A stretch of DNA of 64,000 nt from an uncultured delta proteobacterium (GCA_963816145.1 CAWFJP010000003.1:320001-384000); one strand, 5' to 3'; positions 40,016 to 50,193 are shown, counted from the stretch's first letter. Notes: a model not told the origin generated them from the letters alone. A program made the numbers and translations.

Positions 40016-41022
40016 AGATCGGAAGGATCCGGCAGATCGGGCCGAGCGGTCTGATCGTTTGCGTCGTTGTGGGTGTTTTGGCATCGGCGAGCGCCCACGC
40101 CCAGCTCACCCGGCTCAAGACTTCCTACAGTGCCTTGACTGCGAATATGGCAGCTTACTGGCTCGCCAAAGAGGCCAAGATTTTTGAAAAACATGGTTTA
40201 AGCGTCGACGTAGTACTGATCGAAAGCGGCGTGACCACGGTGCAGGCGCTCACCGCCGGCGAAACCCAGATCGCCATGGGCGGCGGCACGGTTGCGGTAA
40301 GCAGCAATCTCGCCGGCAGCGACATCGTGTCGATATCCAGCATCGAAAGCCGTATGCCCTATGCGCTGCTCACACAAAAAGAAATTAAGACCTTCGAGCA
40401 ACTCAGAGGAAAAAAGATGGCTGTCTCGCGCTTCGGCAGCGCGTCCGATTTGGCCGCGCGCTTGATCCTGCAACGCTACGGCCTAATACCCGACAAAGAT
40501 GTGACCCTCCTCCAAACCGGCGGCACCAGCACACGGCTATCCGCGTTGAGTAAGCGTAGTATCGACTCAACGGTGCTAACCCCCGAGTTTTTCAACCTCG
40601 GCAAGAAAGCCGGCTTTACTATCCTGGTCGACCCAACTCAATACGACATCCCCTTTCCCCAGCTTGAAGTGATCACCAGTCGGGCTTTTTTGAAATCGCA
40701 ACCGGATATCGCCACACGTTACATGCGCGCCATCATTGAAGGCATCCACATGGTGAAAAATAATCCCGAACCGTCGATCAGTGCGCTCAGGAAATATTTA
40801 AAGATCGACGACCGTGAAGCCTTGGAAGAAGTCTATCGGCTGTACAAGGAACTCTATCAACCGATTCCCCACCCGTCCCCAGCCGCGATCCAAACTCAAC
40901 TTACTTGGATGGGTGAGAAAGATCCGCGCGCCAAAGCTGCCAAACCCGAACAGTTCATCGATGGCTCAATTTTGCGTGAGATCGAGAAAAGCGGTTTCGT
41001 GGCGAAACTCTACCAAAAGTAG
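40012..41022 (+). CDS. ABC substrate-binding protein, SsuA/NMT1 type
   Basis: KHGLSVDVV, RGKKMAVSRFGSASD, EIEKSGFVAKLY. Confidence 0.85.
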   Translation: MKIGRIRQIGPSGLIVCVVVGVLASASAHAQLTRLKTSYSALTANMAAYWLAKEAKIFEKHGLSVDVVLIESGVTTVQALTAGETQIAMGGGTVAVSSNLAGSDIVSISSIESRMPYALLTQKEIKTFEQLRGKKMAVSRFGSASDLAARLILQRYGLIPDKDVTLLQTGGTSTRLSALSKRSIDSTVLTPEFFNLGKKAGFTILVDPTQYDIPFPQLEVITSRAFLKSQPDIATRYMRAIIEGIHMVKNNPEPSISALRKYLKIDDREALEEVYRLYKELYQPIPHPSPAAIQTQLTWMGEKDPRAKAAKPEQFIDGSILREIEKSGFVAKLYQK

Positions 41023-41049
41023 CACCGCCCCTGGCAGCTCACGACTAGG

Positions 41050-42000
41050 TTACTTCACCTTGATGCCAAGATCTCGCTGCGCTTCGCGTAGAATTGACAG
41101 ATCGGAGACTTCGCTGAGTGCGATTTCCCGATCGACTCTCGTCACCGACTTGATGTCTTCGATGAGTCTGCGCAGACCGTCTTCCGGCAGATTCCCGTCG
41201 TCGTTAAAACCCTTCACCAGCGAGCTATAAAGCGCGGTGGCGGCCTCTTTATCGAGCCGGTACGTGCTCATCAACACTTCGATGGTTCCATCGCGATTGG
41301 TGTGCATGTAGCGGTTGGCTTTGATGCCGGCCCTGATCAGCCGGCGAATCTCATCTGGCCGCTCCTTGATCTTCCGCGAATGAGCGATCAGGCCGCTGAT
41401 CGGGTAGGTAAATAGATCTTCCGCTCGCGCCAAAACGTTCAAACCCAACCTCCGACTACGATAATCCCACGGCACCGGCATCACCTGAGCATCGATCTGC
41501 CCCTGGCTCATTCGAACCAGCGCGGTCTCGCCGCCGGGACTACCGATAAATTTCATGTCTTTGTCGGGGTCATAGCCAAAATGCTTCATCATCAACCTTG
41601 CGACCAGATCAGGGGCGGTGCCCGGCGAAGCGCCGATGGTCTTGCCCTTGAGGTCTTTGATGGTTTTGATCTCGGCGCGACTGACCAACACGAAATGCGC
41701 CACAGGCCGAAAGCAAACCACGATCCTGGTCGGCAGCTGGCCCTGAACCATGGCGCGTATGGCCGAGCCAAAGCCCGTGAAGTAGTCGATGTCGCCGTTT
41801 GCCAGCGCCACATTTGCCACCGGTCCCGTAATCGTAATAAGCTCAGCATCGAATCCCTCGTCCCGCAAATAACCGCGCTTTTGCGCCAAGGGAAGCGTGA
41901 ATTGGCCCGCGTCGTTAGGCATGCCGATGCGAATCCTGTCCGCCGCTTGAGCTGAAGTATGCAGCACGCAAATAACCATGAAGGTGGCGAGGTACAGCAT
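41050..42000 (-). CDS. ABC substrate-binding protein, SsuA/NMT1 type
   Basis: Signal peptide, DLKGKTIG, DLSILREAQRDLG. Confidence 0.83.
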   Translation of the reverse strand: MLYLATFMVICVLHTSAQAADRIRIGMPNDAGQFTLPLAQKRGYLRDEGFDAELITITGPVANVALANGDIDYFTGFGSAIRAMVQGQLPTRIVVCFRPVAHFVLVSRAEIKTIKDLKGKTIGASPGTAPDLVARLMMKHFGYDPDKDMKFIGSPGGETALVRMSQGQIDAQVMPVPWDYRSRRLGLNVLARAEDLFTYPISGLIAHSRKIKERPDEIRRLIRAGIKANRYMHTNRDGTIEVLMSTYRLDKEAATALYSSLVKGFNDDGNLPEDGLRRLIEDIKSVTRVDREIALSEVSDLSILREAQRDLGIKVK

Positions 42001-42017
42001 CTTTCATCCCTCCAGAG

Positions 42018-43433
42018 CTAGTCAATGGCCGGCCGGGTTTTGCCAAATCCTGTCATCTGCTCAAAAGCATGAGCAAGTTGCAGCACGGCAAGATCGTCGC
42101 GGTAGCGACCGACGAGTTGAATGCCCACGGGCAAACCATCCGGTGTGAATCCCGCCGGCACGGAAATCGCCGGACAAAAGGTCGACGTGATCCAGTAAGC
42201 CGATTTCATCCAATCGAGATAGGTCTCCATCTTTACGCCGTCGATCTCATGGGGCCAATCAAGCGTGGCGTCGAAGGGCGGCACTTGGTTCACAGCGCAG
42301 ATGATAAATTGATATTTTTCCTGGAATCGGCGCATGCGCTGCAATAGTTCACCATGCAGATGCATCGCCCGGGCGATATCGTCACCGGACAATTTCTGCC
42401 CCTGCTCGATCTGCCACACCGCTTCGGGTTTCATCTTGTCGCGATGGTGTTCAAGCAGCGGCCCGAGGCTGTGCCAATAGTGCCATGCGCGCAGTGTCAA
42501 AAACACTTCATCGGCCCCGGTCAAATCCGGCACGACATCTTCCACCACACTACCGAGATCGACGAATGTCTGGCGTTGCCAATCGAGCACGTCGCGGACG
42601 TGCCGATCAAGCGGCAAGCCGCCAAGATTCGGGCACCAGGCGATTCGTATTTCCCGAAAATCGCGATCCAGCCGTTGCGCAAAGATCGCGGGCTCCGATG
42701 GGTAACAGGCAGGATCGCGCGGATCAGCACCGGCCATGACACTCAACAGGAGTGCCGTGTCCGCCACTGAACGCGCCATCGGCCCTTTAACGGTAAAGCC
42801 CAAGAACGGCAGCGCCACCGGCGCGCTCGGCACCAAGCCGACGCTTGGCCGCAGCGCCACGATATTGTTGAAGTTGGCCGGATTGCGTAGCGAGCCGCCG
42901 AGATCGCTGCCGCTGGCGAGCGACAACATCCCCGCCGCCAATGCCGCCCCCGCCCCACCGCTGGAGCCGCCGGCACTCTTGGTGCGGTCATAAGGGTTGA
43001 GGGTCATACCATAGACGTCGTTGTAGCTATGCGAGCCCATACCGAACTCGGAGATGTTCGTTTTGCCGATCGGCAAAACACCGGCGCACCGCAAGCGCTC
43101 GGCCAGCACGGAATCCTCCGACGGCATGAAGTCTTTGAAGATGAGAGAACCGCGGGTCATCGGAAAACCTACAACCGGGTCGAGTTCTTTGAAGGCGAAG
43201 GGCAGACCGTGCAGCGGCCCAACATCGTCGCCGCGAGCCAATCGACGATCGGCATCTTCAGCGAGCGCGAGGCATTGATTGTCCGGCAGCTTGGCGACGA
43301 TGGCGTTTATTTTGGGATTCAGCTTTGCGATCTGGGAAAGGAACGCCGACATGACCTCACGCGCTGATACTGTACCGGCACGTAGCAATCCCGCTAGTTC
43401 GCGGGCGCTCTTGAAGCAGAGTTCGTTGCTCAT
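42018..43433 (-). CDS. Amidase (amidase-signature family)
   Basis: GPLHGLPFAFK, GKTN, GGSSGG, GSDLGGSLRNPA; start MSNELCFKSA at 43433. Confidence 0.92.
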   Translation of the reverse strand: MSNELCFKSARELAGLLRAGTVSAREVMSAFLSQIAKLNPKINAIVAKLPDNQCLALAEDADRRLARGDDVGPLHGLPFAFKELDPVVGFPMTRGSLIFKDFMPSEDSVLAERLRCAGVLPIGKTNISEFGMGSHSYNDVYGMTLNPYDRTKSAGGSSGGAGAALAAGMLSLASGSDLGGSLRNPANFNNIVALRPSVGLVPSAPVALPFLGFTVKGPMARSVADTALLLSVMAGADPRDPACYPSEPAIFAQRLDRDFREIRIAWCPNLGGLPLDRHVRDVLDWQRQTFVDLGSVVEDVVPDLTGADEVFLTLRAWHYWHSLGPLLEHHRDKMKPEAVWQIEQGQKLSGDDIARAMHLHGELLQRMRRFQEKYQFIICAVNQVPPFDATLDWPHEIDGVKMETYLDWMKSAYWITSTFCPAISVPAGFTPDGLPVGIQLVGRYRDDLAVLQLAHAFEQMTGFGKTRPAID

Positions 43434-43526
43434 CAAATTGTTGAACAACCTTGTTCTGTAAGTCGAAAGAACAAAGTTTATCGGCCTTAAGTTGCGGACT
43501 CCGGAATCCGTGATTCCAACTTTGTC

Positions 43527-43596
43527 GTCACCCCGGTGAAAACCGGGGTCCATCCCCATCCCCCTTAACCTGGATACCGTTTTCCAACGGTATGAC
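43527..43596. repeat. Inverted pair of GTCA.CCCGG..CCGGGGTCCA / TGGATACCG..CGGTATGAC palindromes
   Basis: Same architecture as 16879-16958. Confidence 0.75.
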
Positions 43597-43729
43597 GGAC
43601 GCTGCCCGTCACCTGGCTGTCCACATGACTCAATCGTGAGCCATATCGATGGGCGGGCATGATGCATTTTCACTTTGCCGGAGGCCGAGAACTGCCAATT
43701 TCGCGCGAAAGCAGCCAGCCCGGACGCTA

Positions 43730-44266
43730 CCGGTTCTTTTGGCGGTAATGGCGGCGCGACGATGTGCTTGGCAATCTGTTCGGTTTCCCAGAGCCTGGAG
43801 AATTTGAGCGCGCGCGGGCAGTGGCTATAGGATTCCTCGACGTCAATGAGCAAGCCCTGAAGGATCTACGCCCTAGCGTCGGCGTTAAAGATCTCCGATT
43901 GAATGTCTTTCACTCGCCTCTATCGACTACTTTTGACCGGCCGTTGATACGGACGGTGTTATCATGGCCGGGAACGAGAAAGATCAATCCAACCTTGGGG
44001 TTGGTTTCCAGATTGCCGTAACCGTGGAAAAGCTTGTTACCGGCCACATCGGGAAGTAATAACTGCCTGTCATTGCGGATCTTAACAAAACCGGGCCGGC
44101 CGCCTTTAGGCGAAGCGTCGCAATCGCCCGCGGCATTGCTGGTAGCCGTCGCGCAGAACGGTGAATGGCGAATGAAATCTTGAATCCACTCGGCCATATA
44201 TGCCCGCACCTCGCCTTTGATGCGCGCCGCGGGAAATCCGAACTTTTCTTGATACTTATTTCCCAT
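43730..44266 (-). pseudogene. Pyridoxamine 5'-phosphate oxidase-like FMN-binding protein, disrupted
   Basis: CDASPKGG.PGFV, PDVAGN, NPKVGLIFLVPG; frameshift near 43911, in-frame TAG 43866-43868, then VEESYSHCPRALKFSRLW; its own stop appears lost. Confidence 0.8.
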
Positions 44267-44290
44267 CGCGAATCCTCATAGCCTAGTGAA

Positions 44291-44848
44291 TCATTTCTTG
44301 GGATCGAGAAAATTCAAACGCTCCGCCATCGGCGTCTCCGGAAATACGTAGCCGCAGGCCTTACACGTGCGCATTTTTACGTCGCCGTTGAATTCCCCAT
44401 AGACCGCCGACACCTGCGACGGAATATTTCCCTGGTTCACCACGCGGGAAAGCACCAGCTCATCGCAATTCTCACAAAACCAGGCGAACTCTTCTTTCTC
44501 TTCCTGACGCCGTTTGCGCTCGATCACCAAACCCCAGGTGTTTTCAAACCGGCGCGGCGAATGGGGCAAGCCGCCGGGACACACGAAGATCTCGCCTTCT
44601 TTGATCCTGACACTCTGGCGCCGCTCGCCTTCCGGCTTCACAACCAACTCCATATCGCCTTCAACTTGATAAAAGAACTCATCCCCCGGCTCGATATGAA
44701 AGTCGAGCCGCGTGTTCGGCCCGCGCAAGATCATGACAAGAAAATCCTTCTGGTGCGCCAGCAGCTGATTGGTTCGAAACGGCGGGTTGAACAAGTGCTG
44801 GTTGTCGCCAACCCACTTCTTCAAGTGGAAAGTCGAAAGCAAATCCAT
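44291..44848 (-). CDS. nbaC: 3-hydroxyanthranilate 3,4-dioxygenase
   Basis: GPNTRLDFH, EFFYQ, PHSPRR, GLVIERKR and rubredoxin-like CENC/CKAC. Confidence 0.88.
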   Translation of the reverse strand: MDLLSTFHLKKWVGDNQHLFNPPFRTNQLLAHQKDFLVMILRGPNTRLDFHIEPGDEFFYQVEGDMELVVKPEGERRQSVRIKEGEIFVCPGGLPHSPRRFENTWGLVIERKRRQEEKEEFAWFCENCDELVLSRVVNQGNIPSQVSAVYGEFNGDVKMRTCKACGYVFPETPMAERLNFLDPKK

Positions 44849-44849
44849 T

Positions 44850-45626
44850 TTACTTCTTCAACTTTCCGCACTCTCGCGCCACACCGTCGGTGATCGCCCA
44901 CCATATGCCCAATCCTTTGCGCAGGGCTTTCACCACGCGCACTTGCAGCTCGTTGGTGGTGGCGAACTGTTCGACCAGGTCGTAACCTATGTTGCTATGT
45001 TCGGTGTCGGCTTCGCCATGCTCGGCGAAGAACTCGATGTCGTTGGCTTTCAACCCATAGTGATCTTTGAAGGCACGGAAGAATTTGCCGCCGGTCAAAT
45101 GGTTCGAGTATTCGTTGCAGCAATTCGTCGCGGCGACTTGTTCGAGTATATGGTTGCTGCGCAGGGCGATGTCCATCCAACCGACCCGCGCCAAAACCGT
45201 GGTCGGCAGGAAGTCTTCTTCGATCTCACAGCGCTCTAGCTCCTGCGCCGGCACGCCGATGGCATCGCCAAAGCGCAGAAACAATGCGCGATGGCCGAGT
45301 ACCTTTCGCGGCGATCCCTCGAAATAGCTATAGCCAACCTCGGAGTGAATGATATCGACGAACTTCTTGTGAATCTCGGGATCGTGAATCCCTGACATCT
45401 GGCAGCGAACCAGCTTTGCCGTGTTGATCGCGACATTGCATGCAAAGATGCCCCAGGCCTCCTTGGCCCAGATGCGCACGGCTTCGACCGGCAGCTTGCC
45501 GTCGAACAGGTCGCGATAGAACGGATGATGGAGCCGCGCATGGCGGTTCTTCACCTCGTCCATTAAAAATTGGCAAAGTTCCTTGGTTGGCAAGGTTTCG
45601 CCGCTTAGGACAGCTTCGATTGACAT
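44850..45626 (-). CDS. Heme-oxygenase-like diiron enzyme (CADD/PqqC/TenA superfamily)
   Basis: HPFY..L..GKL, E...H, NE and FFAEHGEADTEH (H-x3-D-x2-H) ligand pattern. Confidence 0.8.
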   Translation of the reverse strand: MSIEAVLSGETLPTKELCQFLMDEVKNRHARLHHPFYRDLFDGKLPVEAVRIWAKEAWGIFACNVAINTAKLVRCQMSGIHDPEIHKKFVDIIHSEVGYSYFEGSPRKVLGHRALFLRFGDAIGVPAQELERCEIEEDFLPTTVLARVGWMDIALRSNHILEQVAATNCCNEYSNHLTGGKFFRAFKDHYGLKANDIEFFAEHGEADTEHSNIGYDLVEQFATTNELQVRVVKALRKGLGIWWAITDGVARECGKLKK

Positions 45627-45671
45627 GATTCACCTCGACAAGAATCTTGGAAGGACGGCTTTCATCCCGCC

Positions 45672-46184
45672 CTAGAATTCAGAATTGCTTTTTGCGTTCT
45701 TTGGCCCTTTGCGGTTAATTTCTCTTTCTCTTCCGTCTCTCTTGGTCGCGGCACTTGGGTTCCGACGATTATCGAACTTGAATTTGTTGGCGTTGCAGGC
45801 GATCTCGACGCGGTTGCCGTCCGGGTCGAGAAAACTCACCGAGCGGTTGCCGGCTACCACCAGGGTCTCGGGCCCGCTGACCACCGGGATCTTGCGCCGT
45901 TTCAAGATCGGATAGAGCCGATCGATGATTCCGTTCTTGTCGACGTAGATGCAGAAGTGATGCAGCTTCGCCATCCCATTGCCGCTGACATGCTTGGCGC
46001 CCTTGGGCAAAGCCTGCAGCGCGATATCGTGATGCTCGCGGCCGAAGCTCATGAACGTCATTTTGGTTTGTAAGTTGCGCGCCGACACCTTGAGACCAAG
46101 GATGGTCCGATAGAATTGTTCGGATTTTTTCAAATCCTTGACATTAAGGACGATATGACCGAGAACGCCATTGCTGATTTTCAT
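45672..46184 (-). CDS. VOC/glyoxalase family protein
   Basis: LGHIVLNVKD...FY, EHHDIAL, LHHF, FLDPDGNRVEI. Confidence 0.85.
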   Translation of the reverse strand: MKISNGVLGHIVLNVKDLKKSEQFYRTILGLKVSARNLQTKMTFMSFGREHHDIALQALPKGAKHVSGNGMAKLHHFCIYVDKNGIIDRLYPILKRRKIPVVSGPETLVVAGNRSVSFLDPDGNRVEIACNANKFKFDNRRNPSAATKRDGREREINRKGPKNAKSNSEF

Positions 46185-46320
46185 AGGAAGCCTCAATTAA
46201 TCTTGCACCGGCGGGACTGTCAAGATCAATGATGCGATAAATTGCTGAGAAGCGGTTTGACAAGCCTTCGACGAATACGGGATATTCGCCAGTGTCGATA
46301 AATTCAACGAGGAGAATTCC

Positions 46321-47028
46321 ATGAAAATCATGGTCGTTATGGGCGAATACCCACCAGCGGAAGGCGAGCACCGCCGCCAAGCCGTGCTCAAGTGCGCTTC
46401 GCCTGGCACAGAGATCGGCTTTGACGTCATCAAAGCGACGTTCTTCCGCCATTCTAACTCGCAGGTGAATTCACTGTCGGCGGGACCACTGGTCGCCGAA
46501 GTCGCTATCAAGGCCGAAGCCAACGGCTACGACGCGGTCGTCCCTTTCGGCACTTTGGACGCCGGAGTGGAACTGTCGCGCAACCTCGTCAAGATCCCGG
46601 TGGTCGGCGCCGGCCAATCCGTTCTCCATTTAGGCGCACAGCTAAGCAACCGACTCGGCGTGGTCGCCTATGAAGACAAGAGCGTGCCGTTCATGCGCAA
46701 GCAGATGCACGCCTGGCGCGTCGCCGATTACGTCGTCGGCATCCGCGGTATCGGCATTCCGCTGCCCGAAAGCAGCAAAAATCGTGACGCCATGCGCGGC
46801 CGCTTCATCGAAGTCGCCCGTTACCTGATCGACCAGTGCGACGCTGAAATCATCGTGCCCATGGGCGTTACCATGGTGCCGGTGCAGTATTCGCCTCAGG
46901 AAATGGAACAAGAGCTTGGCGTGCCGGTAATGAACGCGCTTAAGACCAGCATCCAGACCGCCGAGATGCTGGTGCGCATGGGTTTAACGCATAGCAGGCG
47001 AACTTATCCGCGCCCGGCGGTGCAGTGA
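46321..47028 (+). CDS. Asp/Glu/hydantoin racemase family homolog lacking the catalytic Cys residues
   Basis: ASPGTEI, AEANGYDAVV, IPVVGAG, LGVPV, SRRTYP. Confidence 0.72.
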   Translation: MKIMVVMGEYPPAEGEHRRQAVLKCASPGTEIGFDVIKATFFRHSNSQVNSLSAGPLVAEVAIKAEANGYDAVVPFGTLDAGVELSRNLVKIPVVGAGQSVLHLGAQLSNRLGVVAYEDKSVPFMRKQMHAWRVADYVVGIRGIGIPLPESSKNRDAMRGRFIEVARYLIDQCDAEIIVPMGVTMVPVQYSPQEMEQELGVPVMNALKTSIQTAEMLVRMGLTHSRRTYPRPAVQ

Positions 47029-47046
47029 GATTGGCAATGGCTTTCG

Positions 47047-47916
47047 ATGCGTAAGTTTGAGTTGCTTGAACCGAGATCGCTGGCGGAGGCTTGCGCGATT
47101 CTCGCTAACGACGGCGATGCCAAGGCGATCGCCGGCGGCACGGCGCTGCTGACAATTATCAAGCAGGGACTGCTGCTGCCAAAGACATTGGTCAACCTAA
47201 AGAAGATCGGCGATGCCGGCGCAATCACCTTCGATCCGGTCAACGGGTTACGCATCGGCGCCCTGGCAACGATCAACGAGATCGAAACATCGGAAACCGT
47301 TCGGCGGCACTACCCGGCGCTTGCCGAAGCCTGCCATGTCGTCGCCAACATCCGTATCCGCAACATGGCCACCATCGGCGGCAATCTTGTCCACGGTGAT
47401 TATCAATCCGATCCGCCGACAGTGCTGGCGGTTTTGAATGCTCGTGTCGAACTGATGAGTGCAGACAAAATTCGCCGGCTTGCACTGGCTGATTTTCAAC
47501 TTGGCAGCTATGATACCGCGCTTCAGCCCGGTGAACTGCTTTCCGCCGTGGTCATTCCACCGCTTCCCCAGGGAATGCGCGGTCATTACGTTAAGTTCAC
47601 CACCGGTTCTTCGGAAGAGCGCCCCTGCGCCGGTGTTGCTGCGTTGGCGCGCATCGATAGTGGTGTTTGCCATGAGCTGCGCCTCGCGGTAGGAGCAGTG
47701 TCGGCGAAGCCAGTGCGCATTGGTGCAGAATCGCTCGCCGGCGGCAAATCGCTTAACGCCGATCTAATCGCGACAATCACTATCGAAGCCGCAAGCGCTA
47801 TCGACCCCATCGACGATGTCCGCGGACCGGCGGATTACAAGCGCCATCTGGTCGGTGTTTTGACCCGGCGCGCGCTGCAAGCACTGTCGAACAGCACAAC
47901 GGAGAGCAAGTCATGA
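47047..47916 (+). CDS. Molybdenum hydroxylase FAD subunit (CoxM/XdhB-like)
   Basis: IAGGT, IRNMATIGGN, DDVRGPADYKR. Confidence 0.9.
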   Translation: MRKFELLEPRSLAEACAILANDGDAKAIAGGTALLTIIKQGLLLPKTLVNLKKIGDAGAITFDPVNGLRIGALATINEIETSETVRRHYPALAEACHVVANIRIRNMATIGGNLVHGDYQSDPPTVLAVLNARVELMSADKIRRLALADFQLGSYDTALQPGELLSAVVIPPLPQGMRGHYVKFTTGSSEERPCAGVAALARIDSGVCHELRLAVGAVSAKPVRIGAESLAGGKSLNADLIATITIEAASAIDPIDDVRGPADYKRHLVGVLTRRALQALSNSTTESKS

Positions 47917-50192
47917 CTCTCGTCGGCACCAATGTCGAAATGGTCGGCGGCCGTGCCAAAGTCAGCGGTGCGGTGAGCTACGTCGCCGATATGGAATTTC
48001 CCGGCCAACTCTACGCCAAGGCGCTGCGTAGTCCCTATCCCCATGCGAAACTGCTGCGCATCGATGCCGGCAAAGCCGCAGCGCTCCCCGGCGTGCGCGC
48101 CGTGGTGACGCGCGACGATCTCACGGGACTGAATCCCTATTTCGGAACTGGCGTCGAAGACCAGCCGGTGCTGGTCATCGACAAAGTGCGCTGCGTCGGC
48201 GACATCGTCGCCGCGGTCGCTGCCGAGAGTCGCGAGATCGCTGAAGAGGCGGTGACGCTGATCGAAGCGGATTATGAAGAATTGCCGGCAGCGACCGACA
48301 TTCTCGAAGCGGCCAAGCCCAGCGCGCCGATCGTCCACGAGCAGCATGTCGACAAACGCGCCGGTGGCAACATCCACGGCGTCTACCGCGCCACCAGTGG
48401 TGATATCGAGCAAGGCTTTAAAGAATCCGACGAAATCATTGAAAATATTTATAAAATCCCGCCGGTGCAGCATGGCCACATCGAGCCCCATGTGGTCACC
48501 GCGTTGTGGGAGCCCAGCGGCAAACTCGTAGTCCACACGCCGAGCCAAACGCCATCGCCGCTGCAGGAGCAGATCGCTAAGGTTTTCCAATTGCCGCTCA
48601 ACCGCGTGCGCGTCATCGTGCCTTTTATCGGCGGCGGCTACGGCGGTAAGAACCACGCGCGCATTGAACCGGTGGTGGCGCTCTTGGCGCGCAAGGCGCG
48701 CCGGCCGGTGCAGTGGATTCTCACCCGCGACGAAGTCTTTCTCACCGGACGGCGCTTCGGCGCGGTGGTGAAAATAAAAACCGGCTTCAAGCGCGACGGT
48801 CGGCTGTGGGCGCGCAAAGTCGAGGCCTGGTACGACATGGGCGCCTACGCGCTCTCCGGTCCGGCGAACACCAAGAACGCCTGTATCATCGCCGGCGGGC
48901 CGTACAACATTCCTCATCGCGATTACACGACCTACGCCGTCTACACCAATCTGCCGCCGGCGGGCCCGTACCGCGGCGTCGGCGCGTCGCATGTCTGCTG
49001 GGCCTACGAATCGGACATCGATGACATCGCCCGGCGCTGCCATCTCGACCCGCTTGAAGTCCGGCTGAAAAATTTGCTTCGTGAAAACGACCGTTTCATT
49101 ACCGGCGAGCCGATGATTTCGGTCGGCGTGTCCGAGTGCGTCAAGCAAGTTGCCCAATCCATCCATTGGCAATCGGGAGCGGAGCAATCCTTGCGAAGCG
49201 ATGCAATAGTCCGCGGCAAAGGGGTCGCAGTGGCGATCAAGAGCACCTCGACGCCGAGCACTTCCGCTGCCAGTGTGCGGCTCAATGCCGACGGCTCGGC
49301 GATTTTGCTTACCAGCACTTCCGATATGGGCCAGGGAGCGCAAACCGCGTTGGCGCAGATCGTTGCCGATGAATTAGCATTGCCTTTCGAGCGTGTGTCC
49401 GTGACCTTCCCCGACAGTGACGTTACGCCCTACGACAAGTCAACGAGTTCGAGCCGAGCGACGTTCCATATGGGCAAAGCGGCACAAATGGCGTGCGGCA
49501 AGATCCGCGAACAACTATTTCAAGCGGGCGCGAAAAAATTGGAAGCGCGCATCGAAGACTTGGAGCTGCGCGATAGCCGATTGCAAGTCAAAGGAGTGCC
49601 GGAAAAGAATCTCACCTACCCACAGATCTTCAAAGCGATCTACGGCGAAGCCAGCGGCAGCCTGTTCGGCAGCCATACCCTGCGCACCGAAGGCGGCGTC
49701 GACGCCGTCACCGGCCAAGGCAAGGGATCGTCTTTCTGGTTCTATTCAGCCGCCGGCGCCGAAGTCGAGGTCGATACCGAGACCGGCAAAGTCCGTGTCT
49801 TACAAGTCGCTAGTGCCGTTGATGTCGGTAAGGCGGTTCATCCATTGCAATGCAGCCTGCAAAACGAAGGCTCCGCCCTGGCCGGTCTCGGCTCGGCGCT
49901 GTTCGAAGAGATGCGCTACGACAACGGCCAGCCGATCAACAGCAGTTTTCTCGACTATCTGTTGCCGTCAATGCTCGATCATCCCGGCGAATTTCAATCG
50001 CTGCTGGTGGAAACACCCCATCCCGACGGCCCTTGCGGCGCCAAAGGCATGGGCGAGGCCGCCCTGCCGCCCATGGCGCCGGCCATCGGCAACGCCATCG
50101 CCAATGCGCTGGGCGGCGCGCGCGTCCGCGACCTGCCGGTGAAGCCGCATAAAATCGTCGCCGCGTTGAACAGATCCAAGGAGCACCGCTGA
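47913..50192 (+). CDS. Xanthine dehydrogenase family molybdopterin subunit
   Basis: GGGYGGK, PYRGVG, GQG, AKGMGE. Confidence 0.92.
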   Translation: MTLVGTNVEMVGGRAKVSGAVSYVADMEFPGQLYAKALRSPYPHAKLLRIDAGKAAALPGVRAVVTRDDLTGLNPYFGTGVEDQPVLVIDKVRCVGDIVAAVAAESREIAEEAVTLIEADYEELPAATDILEAAKPSAPIVHEQHVDKRAGGNIHGVYRATSGDIEQGFKESDEIIENIYKIPPVQHGHIEPHVVTALWEPSGKLVVHTPSQTPSPLQEQIAKVFQLPLNRVRVIVPFIGGGYGGKNHARIEPVVALLARKARRPVQWILTRDEVFLTGRRFGAVVKIKTGFKRDGRLWARKVEAWYDMGAYALSGPANTKNACIIAGGPYNIPHRDYTTYAVYTNLPPAGPYRGVGASHVCWAYESDIDDIARRCHLDPLEVRLKNLLRENDRFITGEPMISVGVSECVKQVAQSIHWQSGAEQSLRSDAIVRGKGVAVAIKSTSTPSTSAASVRLNADGSAILLTSTSDMGQGAQTALAQIVADELALPFERVSVTFPDSDVTPYDKSTSSSRATFHMGKAAQMACGKIREQLFQAGAKKLEARIEDLELRDSRLQVKGVPEKNLTYPQIFKAIYGEASGSLFGSHTLRTEGGVDAVTGQGKGSSFWFYSAAGAEVEVDTETGKVRVLQVASAVDVGKAVHPLQCSLQNEGSALAGLGSALFEEMRYDNGQPINSSFLDYLLPSMLDHPGEFQSLLVETPHPDGPCGAKGMGEAALPPMAPAIGNAIANALGGARVRDLPVKPHKIVAALNRSKEHR

Positions 50193-50193
50193 G

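Noticed and set aside
42018-43853. 611-aa PNPOx-amidase fusion
   Set aside because: The extension is the tail of a disrupted upstream gene read through an intergenic repeat; the amidase domain starts at 43433.
43910-43912. Selenocysteine TGA in the PNPOx-like gene
   Set aside because: Homology continues in a different frame, so it is a frameshift, not readthrough.
44850-45626. PQQ biosynthesis pqqC
   Set aside because: No pqqA/B/D/E nearby, and the metal-ligand pattern fits diiron members rather than cofactor-free PqqC.
47835-49343. 502-aa antisense ORF (likewise 14719-16272, 62152-63141 and other long overlaps)
   Set aside because: Shadow ORFs opposite well-supported genes in GC-rich DNA, with no recognisable motifs.
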